From contig NW_021831286.1 of the NCBI RefSeq assembly GCF_006345805.1, positions 62,001 through 126,000 on the forward strand: 64,000 nt of DNA, given 5' to 3'. The position numbers and the translations under genes were made by a program. This DNA comes from Octopus sinensis (Eukaryota). The notes beneath the pieces were generated by a model. That model was not told where the DNA came from. It saw only the letters and a program-made list of their open reading frames with translations, and did no database searches. Positions 1-12,286 of this stretch are shown in pieces (within the stretch, counting starts at the first letter, position 1; every line of letters begins with the position of its first letter).

Positions 1-690
1 GACGACATCTAATGTGATTAGGTTAAATAACTCTATTGGTCATGCCAATAAAAAATCGAATGGCAATATAACTTTTCAACGAAGAAATGAATATGATTCC
101 AAAGTTGAACACGCTCTGTAGCATTAGAAGGATAATGATTGGCCATTTCCTTCCATACCAATCACCCAGAGGCATGAAAATAAACCCAACCACAATTGCT
201 CCAGACATGTAAGAGGTGTCGGCCAATTGTAGGAGATAAGCATTTTCGCACACGCCATTAAACTATTTTTTAATCAAATAACTTACTTTCGTGGTGAGCG
301 TGGGTTTGTGTGGCGTAGTGAAATCCCACCCCTCAAAACCGCATGGTTGAGTAGTGTTTGTTTTATTTCCGAAATATACGTATTTTTGACACTTGGAAGG
401 ATTTCCCTCCTCATTTAAAGGAATGTATTTTTCGATGGATAAATTTTCTTAATTTATTAAAATTTAAACGTGCCAGAGAGTTTGCAGTGGTATGACTCTG
501 GGGTACGGCCAATAAAAATTGAACTCAACAAATTCCAGGATCCATTAATGGTAATAAAAGCGACGATAGAAAAAACAACAAAATGAAAAAATGTATATTT
601 TCTTAGCCAGTCATAAAACTTGGAAATGTCAATTTTTCCTATCTCGTCTGAGTCGCTGCTGCTTGTTTGAATTGAAATATTTTCAATCAT
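1..690 (-). CDS. SLC22/organic cation transporter-like MFS protein (N-terminal part; runs off the left edge)
   Basis: N-terminal TM followed by 'FIGRTPESYHC', then 'CENAYLLQL...GAIVVGFIFMPLGDWYGRKW' (MFS motif A, D..GRK). A 24-nt GT-AG intron at 263-286 restores the frame. Confidence 0.75.
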
Positions 691-869
691 TATCAAAAAA
701 TTAGTCACTAGAAAATGGGTTTTAATTGTTATATTTTTTATGGTTTAATATTACATTTTTGTTAGTCAAAAAGACTTTTATTTAAATGAATTAAAAATTC
801 TAGTTTAAAATGACTATTTTCAATTCCAAAAAACCAGTTAATTTTATTTATTATTTAATCTTACCTATA

Positions 870-1084
870 AATAAATAAATAAAATAAATAAATAAATCTC
901 ACCTATACTCAAGCCTTTTGTCCATCGTGTGCTGAGAGCCCGGGATTGTCGTCTGGATAATACCAGCTGGGAAGAGTGAATGGTTCTTTTCTCGATGCTT
1001 TAGGAGCATTCTGTGCGCCTCCAGATTTGCAATAACTGGTGAATTTGCAACAATAACTGGTGAACCACATGACGTAATTAACAC
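870..1084 (-). mobile_element. 3' end of a non-LTR retroelement with (ATTT)n tail
   Basis: Ends in GTATAGGTGAG followed by (ATTT)n on the minus strand, the same terminal motif as the R4-like element ending near 1341-1367. Confidence 0.45.
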
Positions 1085-1104
1085 GTTAATTGATAAAATG
1101 AATA

Positions 1105-1310
1105 CAAATTCACTTGCTTCTTAATGGCTTCTTAGCCATCCAACAAGACCACCTGCCAAAGGACTTTAACAACAAGAAGCACATCACCCCGATACAATTC
1201 CTCTCAAAAACTGTTCCCCGCCCGTCCCGCACTTGCGTTGGGTCCAGAGTCCAACATCGGGAAAAACTGAGAAGGATTTTGAGGATTGTTGGAATCACCT
1301 AATTAATTAC
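1105..1310 (+). mobile_element. LINE C-terminal fragment (same family as 9030-11260)
   Basis: 'ggcttcttagccat.caaca.gacca.ctg.caaa.gac...aagcacatcacccc' is shared with 11161-11238. Confidence 0.6.
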
Positions 1311-1340
1311 CCTAATTAACTGTTGGTGATTCTTGGGTTA

Positions 1341-1860
1341 AATAATAATAATAATCTCACCTATACATTTTATCCATTATTGATTCTTAAAGATATTAGT
1401 AAATAGACTTTATCACGGACAGTGCGTGTGACATAAACGAGTAAGGGGTTTCTAAGTTCCAATCCCGAGAGGGAAATGGCTGGCGAATATATATTTGGAA
1501 AGTGAATTGTCTTTTTATCCTTAATGACTACCTTTTGGAAACTGATATTTTATTTGAAGTCCAGATAAAATTGATTTTTAATTATTGCGTCTGCTTTCAG
1601 TCGATTCTCCTCCTCTTTGAGCCCGAGCAAATGTCTTCGACGGGTACACTTATCCATTTTACAGGGCAGGTCACTTTTGTGATTGCATGCTTCGCCGCTG
1701 TAGAAAGGAGTTTATACTCCGGGAGCATGCTTTCCAATGTTATCTCGATCACGATTGACTGGATATATGCTCGCGTAGATTCCTGGACTTGTAAGGAGTT
1801 CTGGTAGTGTTTATAGAATCTGGATGTTATTCCATCCCACGTAATAACCACGGTACGACA
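1341..1860 (-). mobile_element. R4/Dong-like RLE non-LTR retrotransposon, 3' fragment with (ATT)n tail
   Basis: 'VITWDGITSRFYKHYQNSLQVQESTRAYIQSIVIEITLESM' aligns to 'VITWDAITSKYFKIYMDLIGIKDSVLTYIQTPALKKTLEGM' of the element at 61968-62684. Terminates in GTATAGGTGAG(ATT)n. Confidence 0.75.
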
Positions 1861-1949
1861 TTCATCTTTGCATTATGGATTACCTTCAATTCGTTTGCCA
1901 AAAGTCATATTTAGTAATTTCTCAACTTCCACATGCTTGAGAAGTAATC

Positions 1950-2260
1950 CCAATTTCGATCAGCTTAATGATGTTCCGAACTTTGTCGTAGAAAAAAATA
2001 TCCGGTTTATTATTATTGACTATAGTATCCGTCTTGAGTTTTGGTTAAGAAGATCTCGAAAGCATGATGATTGAGCGCACACAAGAAACGAAAATATATG
2101 AATACGTCCTACTTGCTGACGAACTTGTAAAACTGGCACGTAGAAAAAAACATCCCAACGAACTCTATTTAGTGACTAACTTTGTAATAGGGAAAGAAAG
2201 GAAGAGAGAAGTAGCCGTCTATAAGAAGAGAGATGGCCCACGACTTGATTGAAAACCAAA
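1950..2260 (+). mobile_element. degraded RLE-domain retroelement fragment
   Basis: 'IIIDYSI...ERTQETKIYEYVLLADEL' resembles the RLE catalytic region (IID...E..K..KY..L..EL), with a frameshift. Confidence 0.4.
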
Positions 2261-2341
2261 TTGATTTGATAGTCTCTTAAATTTAATTATTGTGACCTCA
2301 AAAATAAATAACGAAAATTTATTGAGATGATTATTACAATA

Positions 2342-2906
2342 TTAATTAAACGGTCTAATGGCAAATTGACAGAGAGTACTGCAGTTTTTTGAATCAGTGG
2401 CCAAGCCGAGTGTTCCATCAAACCTGACACATATAGCATTCCCGGGGTGTGATATTGAAACTATTTTACAATACACGGAAGTGACGGGAGTGACCAAGTA
2501 CTTGGCGGATGGAGGAATTGGCATCTCGGGGGACTAGACAGGGTAATCAACCGAACAGTCACAATCCAGACAACCCCGACTGACATGTCCTCACACACGA
2601 CAAGGTAATTAAAATTGTTGTGAAATGAATAGGTTTTGTTGTTTTTTATGACAGTCCAAACATCTGAGGAATTATCATGACTATACTGAAGGCATCCCCC
2701 TCGTCTCTTCCATGGGGGACACTTGTAGTTGACTATTTTGGACAACAATCACTTCGAGGAACCTTTCGGTTGTTCGTGAAAGAAGTCGTATTTTGTCGCT
2801 GGTTGAAAGATGGTCCTTCCAACGTTTATAATACTATCATTACAACAACAAAGTGTCCGGTTCGTAGATTTATTAGTGAACTAAACCAATTTGTAATCTG
2901 ATCCAT
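2342..2906 (-). CDS. small protein with three beta-trefoil-like repeats (unknown function)
   Basis: Three similar segments: 'NLRTGHFVVVNDSIINVG', 'FHNNFNYLVVCEDMSVGVV' and 'ISHPGNAICVRFDGTLGLA'. Needs a micro-intron and at least one 1-nt frame correction near 2840. Confidence 0.35.
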
Positions 2907-3021
2907 CAAATACACCTAAACTCTATTTTAAACTTTTATTTAACAAATCTAATTTCTAGCTTACAATTAACAAAATTACAATCAGGTTTCTACAATTGAA
3001 AAATTAATTGTTTTCGGTGTC

Positions 3022-5900
3022 ATGACGGGGCACTCGACGGACAAAACGACACAAGTTAACAAAAGTATTCATGTACGTTTACTGTCACTATCTAACTCCA
3101 AACAACGAGATTATACTGCAGTAAGGCGTTGACTACACTGAATTGATCATTTGTTGTCTATATTTCAGACTAAAGATTTAACCAAGAGAATGCCTCCACA
3201 TATTTATGCACTCGATATGATGAGACCTGTGGGCTGTATTATTCTCAGTGAATGATTTACTCAATCAATGCCTGGAAGAACTTTTTAATTAACCCACACT
3301 ACGATTAATTTCAAATTCTGTTGTGTGATGTAATATACTGACACAGGTAGTACAATCCTACTCTTGTTGAAGACTTTTGGTTATTCACCTCAGTTATTCA
3401 AGAATGAGTTTTCTATTACCTTTGTATATCATTACAGCTTCTTAGTTCGAAAACGGGGAAATCTTTTTTCTATTTTACGTACCATTTCTTATGACCTGAC
3501 ATTGAAGAATGTCGAGTCGTTTACAATCAAATTTATAATATTCCATAGAATAAAGTCTCGAATGAACGCGTTCACCTAGAATTAATATTTCAGACGGATT
3601 GATGAGAGTCGTCATTTTTATTTATATGATGACAAATTCACTATTAAATAATTATTTTCAATGTTTCTGATTATTCATCCATTCATTACTGAGGCACTCT
3701 TCTATTTATTTTATTGAACAAAAATGTTGTAATGCAATATTTACTAAACATTTTAATTTCGCAAGATGATATTTATTACACTCTTTCAAGTAAGATAAGC
3801 AATTAATATACAATAAAGATTATAAATTACTGTAATTTACTAGAAGTTAACAAAGCCATCTATCCGAAGTGGACCCCGCCAACATAATTGACGATGCGTT
3901 GCCTCTCACGATAGCAACGGAGATCAACTGGAGAAGCCACCGGGTCTCACGTGTGTCGTGGCTTTTTAATGTGGCTAAGCGTCCAAGCTTCTTTAGGAAG
4001 CGATTAATTAACTTTCTTTTTCTATAGCGAGGAAAGTTTATTCTCATAATTCTTTCTAGGTTTTTGTGCCACTTTTGTTCGAACTGTTTCGTTCATCGAC
4101 GGAAATTATAAAATCTAGCCGTCTCTGATGATTTTCCTATTTCGTCAAATGCGTTATAAAATTTGTATTCTATATTCACGCTTTCTAATGTTTTTTCTAA
4201 CCAATTGTCCTAATATACACTTTTTTAAGGAGGTCCACATACTTGTTGAAAAATGAAACAATCCCATCCCTGAGTATTAGTACAATGTTTACCTCTGGCT
4301 CGTGAAGTATGTGTACTTCTAGAATGCCATATTTGTGCAGTGTTAATGAGCTGCGTGAATTTTCGAAGCGTCAATGGCACTTCAATGTTAAGAGGAGATG
4401 ATTGAAAAAAACTAGTGAAAAACCCTGTGTAGGCATATTTCGCTTAGTTTGACCCCATTAGTTTATATATTGAAGGTATATTCCTTTGACTTATTGAACT
4501 TTTTGTCTCAAATTATGAAGTTGTATATTCGTAAGTTATCCTATTATGAAGATTGACTTGTCGTATAAACTAGTCAGTGAGTAAGTTGTGTTGGTCACTA
4601 TGGCATGAAATATATTTAGGGCAGATTTGAGCAATCCAATATAATTAAGAATCCTATGAATTTCAAACTACTCGAGTGGGAGTATTAATGATAATGAACA
4701 TAGCCTATATGAATTTGAAGTACCAAATATATTGAATTCACTAATTTACAAACTGAAAAGTAAGAGTCAACTAGGTTGATTTATACGAATATTAATTCAT
4801 CGTTTTGTGGAACAACTATCATTAATTTTAATCAATAATCACGCTACCTGTGTATTTAACCTTATTTAGCCCAACCACATAAAGCCAGACTCCGAATTGT
4901 ATTGGTTTCCTCGATGAAGAGAGTAATTTCTGTGGCCACCTAGTCCTAACTATGAGTGATTTCTGTGGTAACAATCACTTCAATAAAGGATGCCTAATAT
5001 GTGCAAGTAATTTAGTGTCACTATATGACCAGACTAAACGGCATTGATTACGAGGGTCGCTGTAAGAGAATTGTCAACGCTTCCACGTTTTATAAGACTG
5101 AGCTTCATCAGCCTCGGATGATCTCACTGGTTTTGTTCATCCATTCATGTATATACAAACTCCATCGATTGACCTTCCAGTTCTAAAATTCAGTCTTGAA
5201 AGAATTTTAAAGAGTATGAATAGACATTCAATCTCAGAGAATTAGTCAGGTTAGATTACAAAACTTGAAAGGACTAATCATCTATCAAACATACGACTGT
5301 CCCAAACTATAGCCAAATACTACTGACAAAATGTGCGCATATCTCTGAGTACATCACCACACAAACAGTGACCAACCTGGATAATCTGTCCGAAGTACCC
5401 CCAGTCAACAGGGAAAAATTATCGAATGCCCACTGCTCTTTGTGTCAAAACACGTGAGTACATCATTTTAAAACAGTAAGCAGATAAGTATGGTCGTCCC
5501 CAGCTAATGTCATTCCTTCAATGACAAGACTCTACAGAAAAGAGCAGTGGTCATAATTTGGCATTTCTAACAAACCAGTGTGGGATATTAAAGACCAACA
5601 TTTATAAGGATTTAGAAACAATCCCCAATAAATAATTCAAAAGAGATCTCTAGGTTGAGAGTATACGTGGTAATCCTGAGGGTCTTATGACTAATATGTT
5701 GCTTCTCACAATGAATGACAAACTACGATTGTGATCTGCAAATTGAATTTAAATAAAGTCCAAGATTCTGAAATATTCTAACAAAATGCTCAGAGATTCG
5801 ATAGACTAAACTAAAAAACCTCAATTATTCGTTATTTGATGCATTTTTCTGCTTGTCCTGCATTTTTTGGTGATCACCGAGTCTCTCCTGGTATGATAGA
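3022..5900 (+). pseudogene. highly degenerate myosin motor-domain-like locus
   Basis: Colinear motif remnants: MPPHIYAL (3190), LKTFG (~LEAFG, 3367), LDEESNF (~LDEESRF, 4910), LSTSPH (~LxSTxPH, 5345), GILKTNIYK (~IGKTKVF, 5582). Many stops, no intact P-loop, and a CRE fragment inserted near 3800-4110. Confidence 0.45.
3800..4110 (-). mobile_element. CRE-like non-LTR retrotransposon 3' fragment
   Basis: 'FLKKLGRLATLKSHDTRETRWLLQLISVAIVRGNASSI' matches the C-terminus of the CRE-like element at 56192-56602. Confidence 0.65.
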
Positions 5901-6012
5901 CCTTCGTTGCCACTGTGCTGACCCGCCTTTCGAATTTATTGCCGGATTTCTTAAAATTATTTGCGCGGCACAGTTTTCACTTATTTCCCCTTAAAATAAT
6001 GACACACAAGAC

Positions 6013-8983
6013 TTATAAATGGATGTTTATTTTATACATGTGGTTATCCCTACAACCAATATATATAGAATTGCCCGCCCATAGGGGAGTAGAAAAGACT
6101 TGTCCCTCCAACTGAATAGCCCCAAGGACAGTCCCCGAACAAGACTCGACAGCATACACAGTGCCTCCAGTAGACGCCACCACGAACAGGCTGGTCCCGT
6201 CCTCCCTCCACCCGAGGACAGGCGAACTGACCAGAGGCCCATTCAAGTGACAGACCCAGTGGAGTGTGCCATCATTGTACAGAGAGTACAAGTTGCCATC
6301 ATTAGACCCCACAACCACCCCCTCTGACGTCACCAGAGGTCGTCCAAAGATGGGTCCAGTGGTGGAGTATTGCCAGGGGTGGTCTCCCAGCCGACGAATG
6401 GTCCCATCCACGCCTGCAACGAGGACATGGTTGGAGGACAGGACTGGGGATGAGAAGAGAGGACACCCCACACTAATTTTACTCACAATCCTCCCATTAT
6501 TCTGAAATAAAGCACGTGACTGACTTTGTGACAGGAGTAGACGAATCCGGCGAGACAGGAAAAGTAGAGGAGGTGGGCAGTCGAGATGGGTTGAGAGACG
6601 ACACTCCCCTCGGTGGAGTATGTCCACACACATTCGAGGTCCTGCAGGGATAGACAGTACATGTGTCTGCTGTGTGATCCAATGAAGACGAATGGCCAGT
6701 CGATTGCGGGAGTACACTTGACAATGGACAGTGTGTCATATTTCCATTTTATTAGTCCATTCTCGATGAAATACACGAAATGGTCGTGGCAGCCAATAAC
6801 CACCACCCCACCCACACAGGCAGGGGATGCCTCCACTCGACCCCCCAACTGCACTCGCCATATTTCACTCCCACACGTGTCCACTCCAAACACCCAGCCA
6901 GAATGTGAGCCGAACACGACCAGTCCACTAGAAATGACAGACCACGTTACTCGTCGATGACTGCTCCCCCATCCACACACTTGGCAGTGTCAAATCCCCA
7001 CTCAATGGTCATCCCCCCACTCACCACATGTCCTCTCTTACTGCACTGCCTTATCACGTCCCCCACCGAACAGGCCAGAATGGACTCGACGTGGACGACC
7101 CCCCGACCAAACATACTCTCCAGTGCCACCACAATCCTGAGAGCATCGAGGGATGTCGAGGCAAGCAATGAGGAATCAGTCACCTCTCGATTAAGCACGT
7201 TCTCATACACCTGCCTGACTAATGTGGCCGTGTCCCCCACCAACCCACGTTTGCCTACTTTATATAGACTGACTAACAATGTGGGGACTGGGGGATGTGG
7301 CAGACTGAGTGCACTCTGTCAGGACGGCAGTGGTTGGGGAGGGACTCGACCACCTCTCTCATGGACACCCCTTCTCTCAACACCACAAAGGCATGGAGGA
7401 GTCCCCCGATCTGGCGGAGGGCAATTCCATCACAGGACTCCCTCAGAAGACACTCCACTCCGTCCAAACACACCCGCACTCCACACCGTTTGATGACTCG
7501 GTCAGTCCTCCCCTGCACATACACCTCCCCCTCCTCCTCCACTCCCATGTCCCCACTATTGTACAACTCCCCTCCTTCCCGCCCCAAATATATTCCCCCC
7601 TCCTCCATCACCAACACACGTGATGTCAAACATGCCCCCACTGGAATATCCCCACTCCAATTGGCCGGGATTTCGAATATTGTGCTCCACGCTGACACTT
7701 CCGTGATTCCGTACAAATTGAATATCCGAGTGACATTCCCGGGCTCCCTCACCACCTCCCTCACTCCCGGAGGAGGCTCCCCTCCAAACAGGAGACATTT
7801 CAAGGACGTGTTCTTCCCCAACAGTGTTCTACTCATTTCCCGCCCTCCAATCACACGGAAATATGTCGGAGTCATCTTTTCTCTCAGCTTACTCCACTAC
7901 CTGCATTATTGACACTTTCGCCTCCAGAAGAACCGGGATTGCGGCTGAAGGTCTCATCAGGAGGTCTCTTCCTACCACCAGGAGTGACCCCCCTCCACTC
8001 AGGGCGCAGAACATGTCCACAATACTCGGGTCAAATGTGAGTGGGGCTGATAGAAGCACCACATCTCCATGTTCAATATTTAATATATTTCTATACAATG
8101 TAATAATCAACAAACACTATTTAATGTTTATAATTACTAAACAAGTGCAAATATTAGTCACTCCCCATCTTAAAAGCAACAATAATTACAACACATTATT
8201 CATCAAGAATACTAAGGACTGCCTATCAAAAAGCGCGGGAAAACATCCATCCTTGTCAGGGGGGTGACATTCAATGACTATACTAGGAGAATGTGTGCGC
8301 CTCTCTATTGACATACACAATGCCGCCATGTCATGTGGCGACTAATTTTTGAGGCCCAAGGCCGCTTACCGAAAGTCAAGAATATTGGGCATAATGCAGT
8401 CGAAGGGCACCCTTATTATCTTGGGCTGTGCTGTGGAGCCTGATGTGGTGATAGCATAGGCAATGTCCGCGCTCTGTTTGGTCTGAGTGGAGTGTGGGTA
8501 GTGGACACAGGAGATGTCAGGGAGGAGACCCAACTCTGGAGGGCAGTGCAGTCCAATTCATTAAGGAAATATTCCTCGTGAATAAGAATAGTCATTTACA
8601 GTTGAGAACATGTCTTGTGTGATAATAAATCGAATCTCCAGACATTTTAGGACGTATTTTATATACCAGTCTGGCCAGAGTAAGTCGATGGTGACAAAGG
8701 GGGAGGTGGCCGACACTCTGTCAACACTGAGGAGTGGGGATACCCGATATATATGGCCGGGAGGTGTATACTACGGGGTATGCATACTCCTATGTATTCC
8801 CCCTCCCCCGATATTAGATTGATTGCTTTGGATATCTATTCTATGTGGGTTATATGTTTATACTTGTTTGGATAGAGTATTTAATTCTTGATATGTTAAA
8901 TATTCAAAGTTGGAGTCGTTGTAGTATATTATTGCATTCTCCTGACTACTCCCTTTACAGAACGCCACATCAAACAGTCTCAT
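6013..8983 (-). CDS. AASDH: beta-alanine-activating enzyme / acyl-CoA synthetase family member 4 (adenylation + PP-binding + PQQ-like beta-propeller)
   Basis: 'AYAITTSGSTAQPKIIRVP', 'LSAPLTFDPSIVDMF', 'LFGGEPPP', 'FNLYGITEVSAW', 'GRTDRVIKRCGVRV', 'DTAKCVDG', and propeller repeats ending 'IYIGCRDNHMYKI'. Frame joined by GT-AG introns of 23-28 nt plus one of 279 nt (8091-8369). Confidence 0.9.
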
Positions 8984-9029
8984 TTAAATATATTTTGAAT
9001 AATAATATTTATTCTTTAATAACATTTAA

Positions 9030-11260
9030 TATTATGAACTACAAAATACTCCAATTAATAAGAGTACCTTTGGAAAGACCACTTTTGCCAACCTATAACT
9101 TCTTAAAGCTATCCGATTTAAAGGACCTTTTAATTTGCGTAGACTTAAACGCAAAGCATCCGACTTGGCTTAAATCCCAACGGGCAGACTCATGAGGATG
9201 GTTTCTATTGGAACAACTTTCTACCATGTCTTTCCTTAACAATCCGAAGACCCACACTAGGAAACCTTATAAGGATACCGAACGCTTAACATCTCCGGAC
9301 ATTACACTATCCTCAACTAACATATCCTCAAGCATTGCATGGTCAACAGACTACGATCCTAATTTAGATCACAATCCAATAATCATCAGGATCAAGAAAG
9401 GCTTTCCCCATATCAACAAAACTATGTCCGTTTTCAATTACAAGAGCGCAAACTGGGAGGGATATGCTAACTTCACCGACGCAATGCTGCAAAACTTTGA
9501 TACTAAACTGTTCAAATCAATCGACGGAGTTGTCAAGTACCTAAATGAGGCGATTTTGCTGGGTAGAAAACTATTTATCCCAAAATGCACTTACCATCAC
9601 TTCGAAGAAAATCTCGACCAGGAGATAAAAATTCTTATCAAAAAAAGAAACTTTTTTAAAAGAATCTAATTTCTTCCCGGAGGAAGAAAAAAAATCAAGA
9701 ACCTCAACGATACCACTAAGAAAGCACCCCAAAGAAGATGGGAAAAGCAAATCAAAACGCTTGGAAAAGAAAAATCTGCCCAATGCACGTGGAATGCTTT
9801 TAAAAAATTCAGACCTGCCAACCATTGCATAAATTCAGAACAGAAAAGTCAACTTGAATTGAGTAAACTCATGAAATTCAACGCCGGAATCAGTTACAAG
9901 AATCATCTAAAGATAAACTCATATTACGTAAACAATAAACCAAAGAAATCAAACTCACCCACTTATATATCCCCAGTACAAAATAATCTCTATCCTCTTG
10001 GACCAGACTTGATTCCAACAACCTTGCTGAAGCATCTTGGTCCCATCGGAATTGATGCAGTGACAAACATTTTCAACTCTTCTATTAACCAAAATCAAAT
10101 ACCAAATATATAAAAAATTCTCTTATACGCCCAATTCTCAAGCCGGGCCAACCGAAGAACGTCCCCTCTTCCTATAGACCCATCTCACTTTTATGTTTAA
10201 CTGCAAAAGTTCTTGAAAAACTAATTCTCGATTTGATCACCCCCTATTCTCTCCCTTACATACATCCAACATGGTTTTAGGAATAATTTCTCTAACTCGA
10301 ACATCTTACCACATTAACCCAGTTCATAATGGTATGTTTTAAAACTAGACCTCATCTCAAATCAATTGTATGCTCAATCGATCTTCAGAAGGCCTTTGAT
10401 TCAGTTTCCAGAAAGATACTGACTCGAAAAAATATTTAGCCTATCCATCGACTCGAACATAAAACTTTGGCTTTCAAATTTCCTCAACGGAAGGAGAGGA
10501 CGAGTATGCCTGAATGGAATCAAATCAATCTCAAGATTGCTTCCAATCGGAGTTCCCCAAGGCTCCACAATTTATCTCTCTATTCAATTTATACCTATCC
10601 GACATTCCTAACCATGAAATGGAACACTCAATCATTCTCGCCTACGCTGACGACATACTCATTGGATCACGTGATCAAGATTTTTCGAAAGCTTCCAAAA
10701 AAGCCCAAGATCTCTTATTACAAATTCGAATTTGGCTATATCAAAACAGGATGAACATCTCCCCCGGAAAATCGTCCACTACCCTATTTACGTCGGACAA
10801 AAGACTCGGAAGACGCATTGTTGATCTCTTTCTGGACAACGAAAAGACCCCATTCACGAAGAACCCTAAAATTATAAGGGTCACTTTTAACACCCACATG
10901 TGTTTTTCTCCCATTTAGAGAAGGCCATCGGATCCAGAGAAAGATTGGGCTAATCAATTCGATACTTGACGGACTAAAAAAACCGTTCCCGGCTCTCGGC
11001 ACTTTCTTCAAACAATTCCTTGACCGACAATTGACATGGGGAATTAATCTCTCATGGTCCAACAGCCTTAATGCCGAGCTGCGGCTAGCATAATGCAAAT
11101 TTCCAATTTGAACAATATTATTCAAGTCCGCTTGACCACCTAATTAAGAAAGATGGAAAGGGCTTCTTAGCCATTCAACAGGACCAACTGTCAAAAGACC
11201 ATCATATGTCAATTATTAACCAGAAGCACATCACCCCAAGCAGAGGTCCATGTCGAGGGT
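9030..11260 (+). mobile_element. degraded APE-RT LINE (Jockey/I-like), 5'-truncated
   Basis: APE motifs 'DLNAKHPTW', 'PDITL', 'DHNPII'; RT motifs 'SYRPISLL', 'IDLQKAFDSV', 'PQ...SLFNLYLSDIP', 'YADD'. Multiple stops and frameshifts. Confidence 0.85.
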
Positions 11261-11301
11261 TACTCATAGGACCATCTGACTTCTGTAGAAGGGTACGGAT
11301 A

Positions 11302-11355
11302 CATATGGTTCTGGGTCTAAACTGGTCATTCTCTCGCATGTCTTGGAAAAAGTTG
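11302..11355 (+). repeat. 54-bp copy of DMXL exon 2 sequence (17631-17684)
   Basis: catatggttctgg(g/t)tctaaactggtcattctctcgcatgtcttggaaaaagttg: 53/54 identical between the two sites. Confidence 0.9.
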
Positions 11356-11720
11356 GAAAAAAACTAAATTATGAATTTTGATCAAGTCTACAGGGGAGTG
11401 AGTATATTTCACATTGTCAGCCTATTCAGATCATTCCCCAACATAACTCACACTCCACGTTCTACACAAAGCACGTGCTTGTATTATCCTGGTCATCATA
11501 GTAACATAATCTAATCTGGGCTGGGTCGATCAATTCTTTGATGTGTGATAATATGACAATTCTTAAGGCAGCCAACACCATTCACATTGAGTGTTATCAT
11601 TCTAATAATGTTAATGTCTGTAAGTATTAATATCACCTTCTAATAGGGCCATTAATACTGATAGAGAGGAAAGCCGGACGATCGCCGAGTTATATACAAA
11701 GACGGGCGTTATGTTTCATA

Positions 11721-12111
11721 ATGCAAGCTTCGTTCTTAGAGGTCTGTTGCGATTATTTATTGCCAGGGAATGGTCGGTCGTTCGAAGGAGGAGTCTCAAC
11801 TCACTCGATACAAGACTGAGCTGTGTCGAGCATACAAGGAGTCCGGCTACTGTAAATATGGGGAAAAGTGCCAGTTCGCCCATGGAGTGCTCGATTTGAG
11901 GAAGATGGCTCGACACCCTCGCTACAAGACTGAGCTCTGCAAGACTTACCACTCAAAGTTTTACTGTCCATATGGTCCTCGCTGTCATTTCATACACAAC
12001 GAAAAGACCCCCAAGGACTCGTTGTCTGATCTGCTGTCTTCTCTCAGTCTGGCCGACCACCCTCCCTGGGATGGAAACAAATACCAAATCAAAAAGAGGA
12101 CTTTAAAATAA
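11721..12111 (+). CDS. TIS11/ZFP36-family tandem CCCH zinc-finger RNA-binding protein (minimal)
   Basis: 'RYKTELCRAYKESGYCKYGEKCQFAHG' and 'RYKTELCKTYHSKFYCPYGPRCHFIH'. Likely first exon MQASFLE and a 25-nt intron at 11742-11766. Confidence 0.9.
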
Positions 12112-12286
12112 AAAACCAATTGAAAGAAAAGATAAAATAAAATAGAAGCAAATGTGAAAAACGTTCCTAGGAGTAATCCTCACAATTTTCCAGATTTTTG
12201 GTTATAAGTTTAGGAAATGAATTATATTTGTAATTAAATGTTTATTAATAATTTATTTGAATTTAACGTTCGTTGTAGCTAACGAC

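Noticed and set aside
6013-8113. Many overlapping long ORFs on both strands; apparent frameshifts in AASDH
   Set aside because: All frame changes are explained by 23-25-nt GT-AG introns; the antisense ORFs are a by-product of high GC.
8737-8762. AASDH micro-intron donor GTATCCCC resembling a U12-type donor
   Set aside because: Deviates from RTATCCTT, has no U12 branch site and is only ~26 nt; treated as an ordinary degenerate donor.
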